Part shown: positions 50,838-59,784 of the stretch, in pieces
Layout: each line of letters opens with the position of its first letter
How positions within the stretch are numbered: the stretch's first letter is position 1
Source of the DNA: Nitrospirota bacterium
GTDB taxonomy: Bacteria; Nitrospirota; Thermodesulfovibrionia; Thermodesulfovibrionales; Dissulfurispiraceae
DNA length: 64,000 bases
Direction: 5' to 3'
Assembly: GCA_040754455.1 (NCBI GenBank)
Contig: JBFMCP010000001.1
Location: 1-64,000, forward strand
Made by a program: the position numbers and the translations under genes
The notes under the pieces: generated by a model
Seen by the model: only the letters and a program-made list of their open reading frames with translations
Told to the model about the DNA's origin: nothing
Databases searched by the model: none

Positions 50838-50900
50838 AAATTCTAAGCACGAAATTCTGAAATGTTTCGGATTTGTTTTTATGTTCAGGATTTAGTATTT
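50838..50900. repeat. Degenerate bipartite AT-rich heptamer repeat
   Basis: aaattct aagcacg aaattct gaaa ... tttcgga tttg ... ttcagga tttagta ttt. Confidence 0.45.
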
Positions 50901-52027
50901 ATCCTCCTATTTGCCCTTTGTGGTGTGCTCTTATGTTCTCCCTCAAGCTCCTTATAAATGGAGAGCAGTTCGTCGATGCGGTGCGCGCACGTATGCCGCT
51001 CCCGTATGGTCTTCAATCCGTGCTCAGAAAGGGCGCGCGCCATCTCCCTGTCCTGCAACAGGGCTTTCAAGCATCGTTTCATCTCCCTGCCGTTCCGTGC
51101 AACAAGGAAGTCCTTTCCCGGGGTGAATAGTCCCTCATCATCATTCCACGGCGCACAGACCAGCGGGATGCCGCACGCAAGGGCCTCAAAGGGCCGTATC
51201 GTCGGAATACCCGGGAGCGCTTTGACATAGGGGCGTCGCGGGATATGGATCGTTATGCTGAACCGGGCAAAGACGTCCGGCACCGCGTAGTTGGGAAGCC
51301 AGCCGCTATAATGTATTCCTGCCTCCTCGATTGTTTTCAGCGCGCTGTGCGGATACCGCACCCCGTGCATCTGCGCCTTCAGACCGAGCGCCTTGACCGG
51401 CTCGATCAGAAACTCCTGCAGCTCAGAAGTCCGTTCGTCATCGCCCCAGTTCCCGATCCATACCAGGTCTCCTTCCCTTCTGCGCCGGTGTATCGGACGA
51501 AAGACCCGTGTATCCGCTGCCTCGTGCCAGGTCCATGCCCGTTCAGCCCATCCCTTCTCAATATAGAGCGTGCGGATGACTTCCCCAAAGGCCAGGACGC
51601 CGTCATAATGAGAGAGATCATAGACTGCCATGCTTTCAGGATCGGTGACCGAGCGGTGGTGCGTATCATGGAAAAAAAGCCTGAATCCCCCCACACGCGC
51701 CCGGTATTCGCCGATACGTCGTATCAGCTCATGCTCATTCCATTCATGGACGATCACCAGATCGGCCCCCTGAAGGACGCGGTCGAGGTCGAGCGCCTTG
51801 AGGTCGTACCGTGTGCTCTTGATCCAGGGATACACAGTCCGTAATCCGCGAAGCGGCTCGAGACCGTGCGCTGCCAGGAGATTCCTGAGACTCCAGGCAT
51901 CCCGGGGCTCGTAGACAGCGACTTCGTGTCCCCGCGACAGGAGCTCTGCAGCGATGCCGCGCAGGAAATGTGCGTTGCCGTGATTCCAGTCTGACAGCAG
52001 CGAATGATAAAACAATATTACACGCAC
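50885..52027 (-). CDS. CgeB-family glycosyltransferase
   Basis: SDWNHGNAHFLRG, FHDTHHR, GNWGDDER, PTIRPFEALACG. Confidence 0.9.
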   Translation of the reverse strand: MRVILFYHSLLSDWNHGNAHFLRGIAAELLSRGHEVAVYEPRDAWSLRNLLAAHGLEPLRGLRTVYPWIKSTRYDLKALDLDRVLQGADLVIVHEWNEHELIRRIGEYRARVGGFRLFFHDTHHRSVTDPESMAVYDLSHYDGVLAFGEVIRTLYIEKGWAERAWTWHEAADTRVFRPIHRRRREGDLVWIGNWGDDERTSELQEFLIEPVKALGLKAQMHGVRYPHSALKTIEEAGIHYSGWLPNYAVPDVFARFSITIHIPRRPYVKALPGIPTIRPFEALACGIPLVCAPWNDDEGLFTPGKDFLVARNGREMKRCLKALLQDREMARALSEHGLKTIRERHTCAHRIDELLSIYKELEGEHKSTPQRANRRINTKS

Positions 52028-53157
52028 ACAGTATTCTCCTTTATAGAACGTCTCTTCTCCGCCATCATGGCCTGATAGACCGCCAGGTATCCTGATACCA
52101 TGCGATGCGGCGTGAACTCGAGTGCTCTCATGCGTGCCTTTGCCGCCATTGCAGCACGGTACGAATCATCGCGGATCAGTGCTTTCAGCGCCTCCCTGAG
52201 CATTTCCGTATCATCGGGATGAACAAAGAGGGCGGCATCGTCCCAGATCTCGCGCAGGCTCGGTATATCGCCAAGGACAAGGGCGCAGGCCGAAAGACCT
52301 GCTTCGAGTATAGAGAGCCCGAAGGGCTCATAGTACGCAGGAAGCGCATAGATCGATGCACGGGCAAGCCATGAGGCGATTGCCCTAGCCGAGAGGCGGC
52401 CCAGCCGCCGGAAGTTGTCCGTCCGCGCGGCGCCGTGCTCATCAGCCCCCGAGGGATACTGCTCCTCACCCGCACTATAGACGGGCCAGGAGAGAGAGGG
52501 AGCAATCCGATGCAGTGCCGCAACATTTTTTGCCCTGTCCCACAGACGCCCTGCAGTGAGCACGAACGGCTCTTTGATCCCCGGCAGAAAGAGCTCGGGA
52601 TCCCTTCCATTCGGCACGACCATCTCCCGGACAATCGGCCCATACTGCAGGTGCAGCATATCGAGCATCGCATGGGTCGGCGCAATCACAAAATCTGCTG
52701 CATGCAACCCCTGCGTAACCGCTTCCCGATACGTCTCCCACTCCCCGGGCGCAGGCTCATTCCTGACCGCCTGCCACCACGACAGGACACAGGAATGTCC
52801 GACGACCAGCTTCGGTGCGCGGAACGAGAGTACGCCATGCGCATATCCGTTAAGGTGAACAATGTCGGGGTCGATTTCCTCCTCGAGCGAGAGCAGCCAT
52901 GCTCCTGCGCTCACGATATCGTCCCAGGGCTGTTCCATCCATTCGAGCTTGAAGGCACTTTCATAAACCTTTATGTCAGGTATCCGGGCAATTTCCTTCC
53001 ACTGTTCTTCAGTTAGAGGTGCGCCCATCGTGGCAAGTACCACTTCGATGCCATGCTTCCAGAGCATATGTGAAAGCTCGACAGCATAGGTCCAGACGCC
53101 TCCCATCGTATCGGCAGTCATGAGGATCCGCTCGGGGAGTGGCGCTCCGTTACTCAT
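52018..53157 (-). CDS. GT4-family glycosyltransferase
   Basis: MTADTMGGVWTY, HSCVLSWW, GRLWD.AKN, YEPFGL..LEA. Confidence 0.92.
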   Translation of the reverse strand: MSNGAPLPERILMTADTMGGVWTYAVELSHMLWKHGIEVVLATMGAPLTEEQWKEIARIPDIKVYESAFKLEWMEQPWDDIVSAGAWLLSLEEEIDPDIVHLNGYAHGVLSFRAPKLVVGHSCVLSWWQAVRNEPAPGEWETYREAVTQGLHAADFVIAPTHAMLDMLHLQYGPIVREMVVPNGRDPELFLPGIKEPFVLTAGRLWDRAKNVAALHRIAPSLSWPVYSAGEEQYPSGADEHGAARTDNFRRLGRLSARAIASWLARASIYALPAYYEPFGLSILEAGLSACALVLGDIPSLREIWDDAALFVHPDDTEMLREALKALIRDDSYRAAMAAKARMRALEFTPHRMVSGYLAVYQAMMAEKRRSIKENTVCV

Positions 53158-54449
53158 CGCGTTCCACCCACTTCCAGCTCCTCCAGAGAGAGAAACTGTC
53201 TATCCTGAATATCACTGAAGACGCGATTACGGTGCACATAATCATCATGAGCCCGCTCCCAGGCCCGGTCATCGGGAGCTCCCCAATGCTTCCGGTACTC
53301 TGCCGAACCGGGATAGGGGAAGAGGGGAACCGGTTTGTTCGCCCACACCCCGAACCGGCGGAGGTGTTGTCTCCATTGTTCAATGGCCCCGCGCTCATCG
53401 GTATGCGCATCCATTAATGTCGCCTGTACGAACGGCACGCCCCGCTTCGCATGCAGCAGAAGCCGGGTAAGCTCTTCCGTCGACATCCGGCAGCTTTTGT
53501 TGAGCCGCATCCGGCCTTTTTCGGTGATGCTCTCGACCCCCGCCTCTATGGAAACGCACCCTGCCTCACCGAGCAGATCGAGCATTTCAGGCGACCATAG
53601 ATCGATCCTGGTCTGGATGCCGAACTTCACCGGACGCTCTTTCAGTGCAGAAAGCAGCGCTGCATCGGGCATGAAGAGCTCATCGATAAAGTAGAGATAT
53701 TCGATGCCGTGATCAAGGAGGCCGTCAAGCTCGCTGAGCACAGTTGCAAGAGGCCTTTTACGAAACGGCCCTCGGAAACTTTCCCGTGCGCAAAACGAAC
53801 AATGGTAGGGACAGCCCCGTGAGGCTTCCATTTCAGCGCCGGGACCGGCAGGTGCGGCATCAAAGCGGTGGTGATGGTGCCTGTGTTTCCCGATCATACG
53901 CCGCGGCCAGCTGAGCGCAGAAAGCGCGGCAACATCAGCAACATGCGGTGCGCCCTGCACCCGCACCTCTTCGCCCTCTCTCAAACAGAGTGATGAAATG
54001 GTGTGCCATGCAGCGCGATCGGTACCGGCGAGCCGGGAGATGACTTCTTCGGCTTCGCCCATGATGACCGCGTCAACATCGAGCTTCTTCAGCACCGCAC
54101 GCGGAGTTACCGAGCCGTGTGGTCCTATGGCGACAATAGCCTTGGTAAATTCCTTGACCGCGCTCACAGTCTCCTGCGGAATGCGGAGTTCGGGAGGAGG
54201 ACAGCGCCAGAAGAGATAGCTCGGCGCCGTTGTTACGACCGTCAGATCGGGACTGAATACTTTCGCCTTCTGCCGCAGAATCCCGCACGTAAGCCCCTCC
54301 AGATGTCCATCATGCAGGAGCACTTCGTGTCCGGCGGCTTCGAGGAGTTTTTGGGCATACCCGTATTCGAGCGGCAGATGGGGTTCGCGGCAACCGAAAT
54401 AAATACTGCCGTCATAGGTCCAGTGGGGATTAATCAGCAAGCACTTCAT
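53154..54449 (-). CDS. B12-binding-like/radical SAM protein, TIGR04295 (rhizo-twelve)-like
   Basis: GSIYFGCREPHLPLE, YLFWRC, HRHHHHRF, RGCPYHCSFC, YFIDE, EAGVES. Confidence 0.85.
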   Translation of the reverse strand: MKCLLINPHWTYDGSIYFGCREPHLPLEYGYAQKLLEAAGHEVLLHDGHLEGLTCGILRQKAKVFSPDLTVVTTAPSYLFWRCPPPELRIPQETVSAVKEFTKAIVAIGPHGSVTPRAVLKKLDVDAVIMGEAEEVISRLAGTDRAAWHTISSLCLREGEEVRVQGAPHVADVAALSALSWPRRMIGKHRHHHHRFDAAPAGPGAEMEASRGCPYHCSFCARESFRGPFRKRPLATVLSELDGLLDHGIEYLYFIDELFMPDAALLSALKERPVKFGIQTRIDLWSPEMLDLLGEAGCVSIEAGVESITEKGRMRLNKSCRMSTEELTRLLLHAKRGVPFVQATLMDAHTDERGAIEQWRQHLRRFGVWANKPVPLFPYPGSAEYRKHWGAPDDRAWERAHDDYVHRNRVFSDIQDRQFLSLEELEVGGTR

Positions 54450-56538
54450 CGTAGATTCCCTCGTTCACCACCCGGCCGGCGGACTGGCTGCGTGACATGA
54501 CCAGCCATTCATAGAGCTTCCCCACGCCCTCTCTCACCCCCACGCGGGGCGACCAGCCGGTCATGGCCTTGAACTTCCTCGAATCGGACACATAGTAGCG
54601 CTGGTCGCCATGGCGCCATTCGTCGAAATGGATATCGGGCCTCGCTTCATGGAGTACCTCAATGAGATCGATCAATTCGAGAAGGCTCAGGGTGTTGGCC
54701 GGACCTCCACCGATATTGAACGCCTGGCCAGAGAGGGCTTTTATATGCTCTTGGGCGAGCAAGAAAGCATTGACCAGGTCATCAACATAAAGCACATCCC
54801 GCACCTGCATACCGTCACCGTAAATCGTAATCGGGCGGTCGCTGATGGCGCTGAGCAGGAAGTGTGCAATCCACCCCTGGTCTTCGGTGCCCATCTGGTG
54901 AGGTCCATAGATACAGCTCATGCGGAACACCGTCGCCGGGATATTGAAGGTACGGGCATAATCGAGCACATACTGGTCCGCCGCTCCCTTTGAACATCCG
55001 TAGGGACTGCAGAAATCGATCATACAACGCTCGCTGATGCCTGACAGACGGGTCAGGAAATCGATAGGCTCGTACCGGTCGCCGTACCTGCGCAGGTAGA
55101 CATCCTGAAGGCTCCCGTACACCTTATTGGTTGAAGTAAAGACGAGCGGAGGAGGATCGTTCAGGGAACGCAGCACCTCGAGAAGGTTGATGGTACCGCG
55201 GACATTCACCGCGAAATCGTGCGCAGGATTGGCGATACTGGTGGTGACGGCGACCTGGGCGGCGAGATGGAATACCTGCTTCGCTCTCTGCACTTCCCTG
55301 CGTAGGGAGGCGGGGTCGCCGATATCAGCGATCTCCGCCTGCACCAGATCCCCATAGGTCTCCTGCAGCCACCGAAGGTTCTGTTCTACCCTGGGCCTCG
55401 ACAGATTATCGAAGATGACCACCGGTTGCTCGTTCTTCAGCAGGCGGTGCGCGAGGTTCGTTCCGATGAATCCTGCACCGCCGATGATAAGCGTCGGCTT
55501 TTGTCGCTGCGCCGGTTTTGTCGCACGTTTCATCACCTCTTGTACCGCCTCAATACCCCCGCTCTCCCAGAGACGGAAGAGCAGCTTCGGCCTCCCGTCG
55601 GCATACTTGAGACCCAGATGATAGTTCCGCTCATCGGCACGGATATCATCGGGAACAGCGGTCTCCCGGTCGAGATCATGGAGCGTTGACCAATACATGC
55701 GGCTCACCGGTGCCGCGATCGCTTTCAGAAAACAGCGCGCCTGTCCTGCCTCGCTGTGTTGCCATGTCGAATAGCCGGTTCCCGTAATCCAGAGCTCCCG
55801 TCTCAAACTGAAAGTGTCGAGCAGATCACGAATCTCGACGATCTTTGCACCCCACTCGTCCCAATCAAACTCCCACGTCCCGGGATAACCGTGGATGCCG
55901 ACAGCATCAATATAGGAAAGGACGCCGCGCTCGCACAACAGGCGGAGCCATCGCAGATCAGTCGGGCACATGCCACAGAGCACCGTGTTCTTATTGCTGT
56001 CCTTTGCCCTGTAGGCGGCGCCGGTGATCATATCCGAGAAAATGAGCCACTCAGGATCGAGCCTCCGGTCCCAGCTCATGAGCCTGTTCGGTTCGTTCCA
56101 TAACTCAATCCAGTCAAAATACTTTCCCGCCCTGGAGATAACATCGTCAATGAAACCGGCAAAGACACTCGGCTCGCGCGGCGGCGCGGAGGTTCTGGGT
56201 ACAAGGCCGAGCGATGGTGGTGTGGCGGTAACGCAGGGGAGGACATTGATGTCCCCGGCAAGACGCTGGAGCAGCCAGAGATACCACTCCATACCTTCGG
56301 CAGTCTGCCACTCAGCCCAGGATATCCCAGTGCGAAGCTCGGTAATCCCAAGGACCTTACAATCAGCGATGACCTTTTCAACACGGTCATGTTCACCGGG
56401 GCGAAACCATTCGCTGATGCCGATAACCGGCTGTACCACAACAGCACCCGGTTGATGACCTTGCCCGGTCAGGGCCGGCTGTTGTGGTCGTCCCCGCTTA
56501 TCCTTTATTTTAGTATTTATGTAATGCACCTCGCTCAT
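54430..56538 (-). CDS. GH-A-like domain fused to NAD-dependent epimerase/dehydratase (CDP-tyvelose epimerase-like)
   Basis: N-half GISEWF, LRTGISW, WNEPN, IHGYP; C-half GGAGFIG, AAQVAV, STNKVYG, YGCSK, DQGWIAHF; start ATG 56538. Confidence 0.88.
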   Translation of the reverse strand: MSEVHYINTKIKDKRGRPQQPALTGQGHQPGAVVVQPVIGISEWFRPGEHDRVEKVIADCKVLGITELRTGISWAEWQTAEGMEWYLWLLQRLAGDINVLPCVTATPPSLGLVPRTSAPPREPSVFAGFIDDVISRAGKYFDWIELWNEPNRLMSWDRRLDPEWLIFSDMITGAAYRAKDSNKNTVLCGMCPTDLRWLRLLCERGVLSYIDAVGIHGYPGTWEFDWDEWGAKIVEIRDLLDTFSLRRELWITGTGYSTWQHSEAGQARCFLKAIAAPVSRMYWSTLHDLDRETAVPDDIRADERNYHLGLKYADGRPKLLFRLWESGGIEAVQEVMKRATKPAQRQKPTLIIGGAGFIGTNLAHRLLKNEQPVVIFDNLSRPRVEQNLRWLQETYGDLVQAEIADIGDPASLRREVQRAKQVFHLAAQVAVTTSIANPAHDFAVNVRGTINLLEVLRSLNDPPPLVFTSTNKVYGSLQDVYLRRYGDRYEPIDFLTRLSGISERCMIDFCSPYGCSKGAADQYVLDYARTFNIPATVFRMSCIYGPHQMGTEDQGWIAHFLLSAISDRPITIYGDGMQVRDVLYVDDLVNAFLLAQEHIKALSGQAFNIGGGPANTLSLLELIDLIEVLHEARPDIHFDEWRHGDQRYYVSDSRKFKAMTGWSPRVGVREGVGKLYEWLVMSRSQSAGRVVNEGIYDEVLAD

Positions 56539-57653
56539 ACGGTCAACCCCCGTCCGGCGAGTTCTGCACACGCCTCATCAACCCGGTCGAGGGCAACCCT
56601 TCCCTCAAACCATTCACGCAACTCGATCAATCCCTCTTCGAGCGTTACCTGCGGCTCGTACTGCAGGATGTCCCGGGCCCGCGAGATATCGGCGAAGCAG
56701 TGGCGTATATCGCCCATCCGGTATTTCCCCGTAATTTCCGGAAAGAGGCGCTTCCTTCCGAACACCGCAGCCATACGTTCGGCGACTTCCAGGATGGTAT
56801 ATTGATAGCCGCTCCCTATATTGAATACCTGGTACGCAGCCTCAGGCACTTCCAGTGCATGCCGGCACGCCCGTGCAACGTCATAGACGCTTACAAAGTC
56901 CCGCTGCTGATACCCGTCCTCATACACGAGCGGCGGCTTGCCGTTGAGAATACGCGCGGCAAAGATCGCCAGCACCCCGGTATAGGGATTCGAGGATGCC
57001 TGACGGGTTCCGAAGACATTGAAGAACCTCAGCGCCACTGTCGGAATGCTGTACGCCTGGCCGACCATCATGCAGGCACGTTCCTGATCGTACTTTGAAA
57101 GGGCATAGATGGACGAGAGAGAGGGCGTCTTTGTTTCCGGCGTTGCAATGGGAATCAACACCTCACCCTCACTGCTGTGGATCTCCCATATTCCCGACTT
57201 CAACTGCTCAAGGGTGCGCTTCATATCGGGATAGAGTCGTCCGTCGGGTGCGCAGTACAGCCCCTCGCCATAGATGCTCATGCTCGAGGCAACGACGAGA
57301 CGCTCGACGGGGCGCTTCGTCAGGGCTTCGAGCAGTACTGCCGTCCCCCTGCAGTTCACATCAGTATACTTTTCGATTTGATACATGCTCTGGCCGACGC
57401 CCACTGCCGCAGCGAAATGAAATACCGCATCGATGCCGCTCAGCGCACGCCCTACCGCATCAGGATCCCTGACATCTCCGATGATCAGTTCCACGTCAGG
57501 ATGCAGATACTCAGGCCTCTTTCGCTCCGGGCCATGAACCTGCACAGAAAGATTATCAAGTGCGCGGACACGGTATCCTTTGTTAAGCAGTTCGTCTGCG
57601 AGATGCGATCCGATAAAACCGGCTCCGCCGGTGATCAAAATATGCTTACCCAC
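56535..57653 (-). CDS. NAD-dependent epimerase/dehydratase, first gene of the glycan operon
   Basis: TGGAGFIGSH, VGVGQSMY, SSMSIYG, YALSK, NPYTGV; GTG start with AGGAGG. Confidence 0.92.
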   Translation of the reverse strand: MGKHILITGGAGFIGSHLADELLNKGYRVRALDNLSVQVHGPERKRPEYLHPDVELIIGDVRDPDAVGRALSGIDAVFHFAAAVGVGQSMYQIEKYTDVNCRGTAVLLEALTKRPVERLVVASSMSIYGEGLYCAPDGRLYPDMKRTLEQLKSGIWEIHSSEGEVLIPIATPETKTPSLSSIYALSKYDQERACMMVGQAYSIPTVALRFFNVFGTRQASSNPYTGVLAIFAARILNGKPPLVYEDGYQQRDFVSVYDVARACRHALEVPEAAYQVFNIGSGYQYTILEVAERMAAVFGRKRLFPEITGKYRMGDIRHCFADISRARDILQYEPQVTLEEGLIELREWFEGRVALDRVDEACAELAGRGLTV

Positions 57654-58069
57654 TGTCGCCTCCTGAATGATACACCTGTATTTCTCACCATGCCTGCGGT
57701 GATACAGATCAGATACGGATGCTTCTGTCAGTAAGAATTTTTCGGGTACTTTGCAAGGAACAGATTATTATTCTTATTGCAGTGTTTAGTGAGAAATCCA
57801 ATGCCGCTGGTTAATAAGATACGGGGTCTCTCATTGCCTTATGGTGATCCGTGCTCGCTCGTGTGCAAAAGGCAGCGATGCGGAGGCATGCTGTTGGTGC
57901 TCGGTTGCAGCGGTCTGCTGCGAGTATCCTGCACGGGGAGAGGCATAGTGCATACGCTTCGTCTCTCCGATCATCATCATACCTCTTTTTAAACTTATAA
58001 CAGACGTTTTTAGGGTTGTCAAGCATTTGCAGGATGTTATGCAACAACAATCGATCTTCCTGCCGCGTA

Positions 58070-58789
58070 TTATCTCCCCTTTCTCACGCGCTTATAGAGT
58101 ATGGGCAGCAGGGTAAAAAGAACCACGAGCAGGAGCGCGGCGATGAACCGTGCAGAGAGCAGGTCGTTGACGGACTGGATCGTGCCGAGCTGTTTGCCAG
58201 CAAAGGAGTAGACCGCTGCACCGGGGAGCATACCCAAAAAGGTGGTCCACAAAAATGTTCTGTAGGTAATTCCGGTGAGGCCCGCAAGCATATTGACAAG
58301 GAAAAAGGGGAGCACCGGGACGACCCTCAGAATAATCAGATAGATATAGCCGTTTCGTTCTATCTCCCTGTTGAACTTTATCAATTGGCTTTTGTAGTGC
58401 GATTGTATTTTCTTGCCGGCAATATACCGCGCCGCCCAAAAAGAAAGGGACGCTCCTGCGGTTGCTCCTATTCCGGTGTACACTGTTCCTAAAACGACGC
58501 CGAAGAGGAACCCTCCGGCAAGGGTCAGCACAAGAGCGCCGGGTACCAGAAAAGCGGTAGAAATGAAGAGTCCGATATAGATTCCGACGGCGAGGAGGTA
58601 ATGTCCTTCCACATACGCCTTGAGAAATGCGCTGTTCTGCTTTATGTTCTCGAAAGTCAAATATTCGCTGAGTCCCGCGGCTCTCAGAACCCCTATGATC
58701 ATCAGCACGAGGACGAGCAGGATAATCTCTTTTTTTGATTTATAGAGCCACCCGTAGGAAGCCTTCCTTTTATCTCCGGCAGTTCTCAT
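58070..58789 (-). CDS. TVP38/TMEM64 (VTT/DedA superfamily) membrane protein
   Basis: PGA.VLTLAGGFLFG, LRVVPVLPF, TFLGMLPG. Confidence 0.9.
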   Translation of the reverse strand: MRTAGDKRKASYGWLYKSKKEIILLVLVLMIIGVLRAAGLSEYLTFENIKQNSAFLKAYVEGHYLLAVGIYIGLFISTAFLVPGALVLTLAGGFLFGVVLGTVYTGIGATAGASLSFWAARYIAGKKIQSHYKSQLIKFNREIERNGYIYLIILRVVPVLPFFLVNMLAGLTGITYRTFLWTTFLGMLPGAAVYSFAGKQLGTIQSVNDLLSARFIAALLLVVLFTLLPILYKRVRKGR

Positions 58790-59008
58790 TGCAGTTTTCT
58801 GTGATGCTGTTGTTATTTAAGTCTATATCAGTTAGTGCCACGGTGCAATGCAGTGCAACGATGCTCTTTTCTTACCACCGCGACTCGGGAATTCCGCAGT
58901 CGATTGCAGCAAATATCCTTCGCGTGTACGTCCTGAAGGTTGAGGTGACGTGCTCTTTCACTGTATAATAGTTGCAGAGCATTTCTTTGTTGTTCTGTCT
59001 GTACCATA

Positions 59009-59755
59009 ATGAAGTTATCAAAAAGCATCAGTATCATGACGTATAATGTCCACAGCTGTATCGGCAGGGACGGCAGAATTTCACCATTCAGAATCGCCAA
59101 TATCATTGCCCAGTACGACCCGGATATCGTTGCGTTGCAGGAGCTCGATGTCGGACGTGTCCGTACCGGGCACATTCATCAGGCAAAGATGATCGCCGAC
59201 CACCTCAATATGGATTTCCATTTTCATCCCTCAATCGAGATCAGAGAGGAACAGTACGGCAACGCGATTTTAAGTCGCTATCCCCTCCGCATGGTGCAGG
59301 CGGGCTCGTTGCCAACCCTGAAGGACCGCACGCTCGAAACTCGCGGAGCACTCTGGACCTCCATCGATGTTGAGGGGCAAGCAGTTCATGTTGTGAATAC
59401 GCATCTCGGGCTCAACGGACGGGAGCGCGCGACACAAGCGGAAGCGCTGCTCAGCTCGGAGTGGCTGGAGCACCCCTCGTGCTGCTCGCCCTTCTTTATC
59501 TGCGGAGATTTCAATGCCCTGCCGCTGTCGACGGTGTACCGCCGCTTTAAAGCAAAACTGCAGGATGTGCAGCACGGCAACGGCAACCGGCCCCGAAACA
59601 CCTATCCGAGCTTTTACCCGATTTTCCGTATCGACCACATCTTCACCAGTCCGGAGGTCGTCGTGCATTCCGTCGAGGTGCCGCGCACCTCTTTGACCCG
59701 TATTGCTTCAGATCATCTTCCGCTTATCGCGAGAGTAAGTATCCGGGAACCCTAA
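59009..59755 (+). CDS. Endonuclease/exonuclease/phosphatase (EEP, YbhP-like) protein
   Basis: TYNVH, ALQE, GNAILS, THLG, GDFN, IDHIF, SDH. Confidence 0.92.
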   Translation: MKLSKSISIMTYNVHSCIGRDGRISPFRIANIIAQYDPDIVALQELDVGRVRTGHIHQAKMIADHLNMDFHFHPSIEIREEQYGNAILSRYPLRMVQAGSLPTLKDRTLETRGALWTSIDVEGQAVHVVNTHLGLNGRERATQAEALLSSEWLEHPSCCSPFFICGDFNALPLSTVYRRFKAKLQDVQHGNGNRPRNTYPSFYPIFRIDHIFTSPEVVVHSVEVPRTSLTRIASDHLPLIARVSIREP

Positions 59756-59784
59756 GCTGCCGCACCCTCGCGGGAGGGATAACA

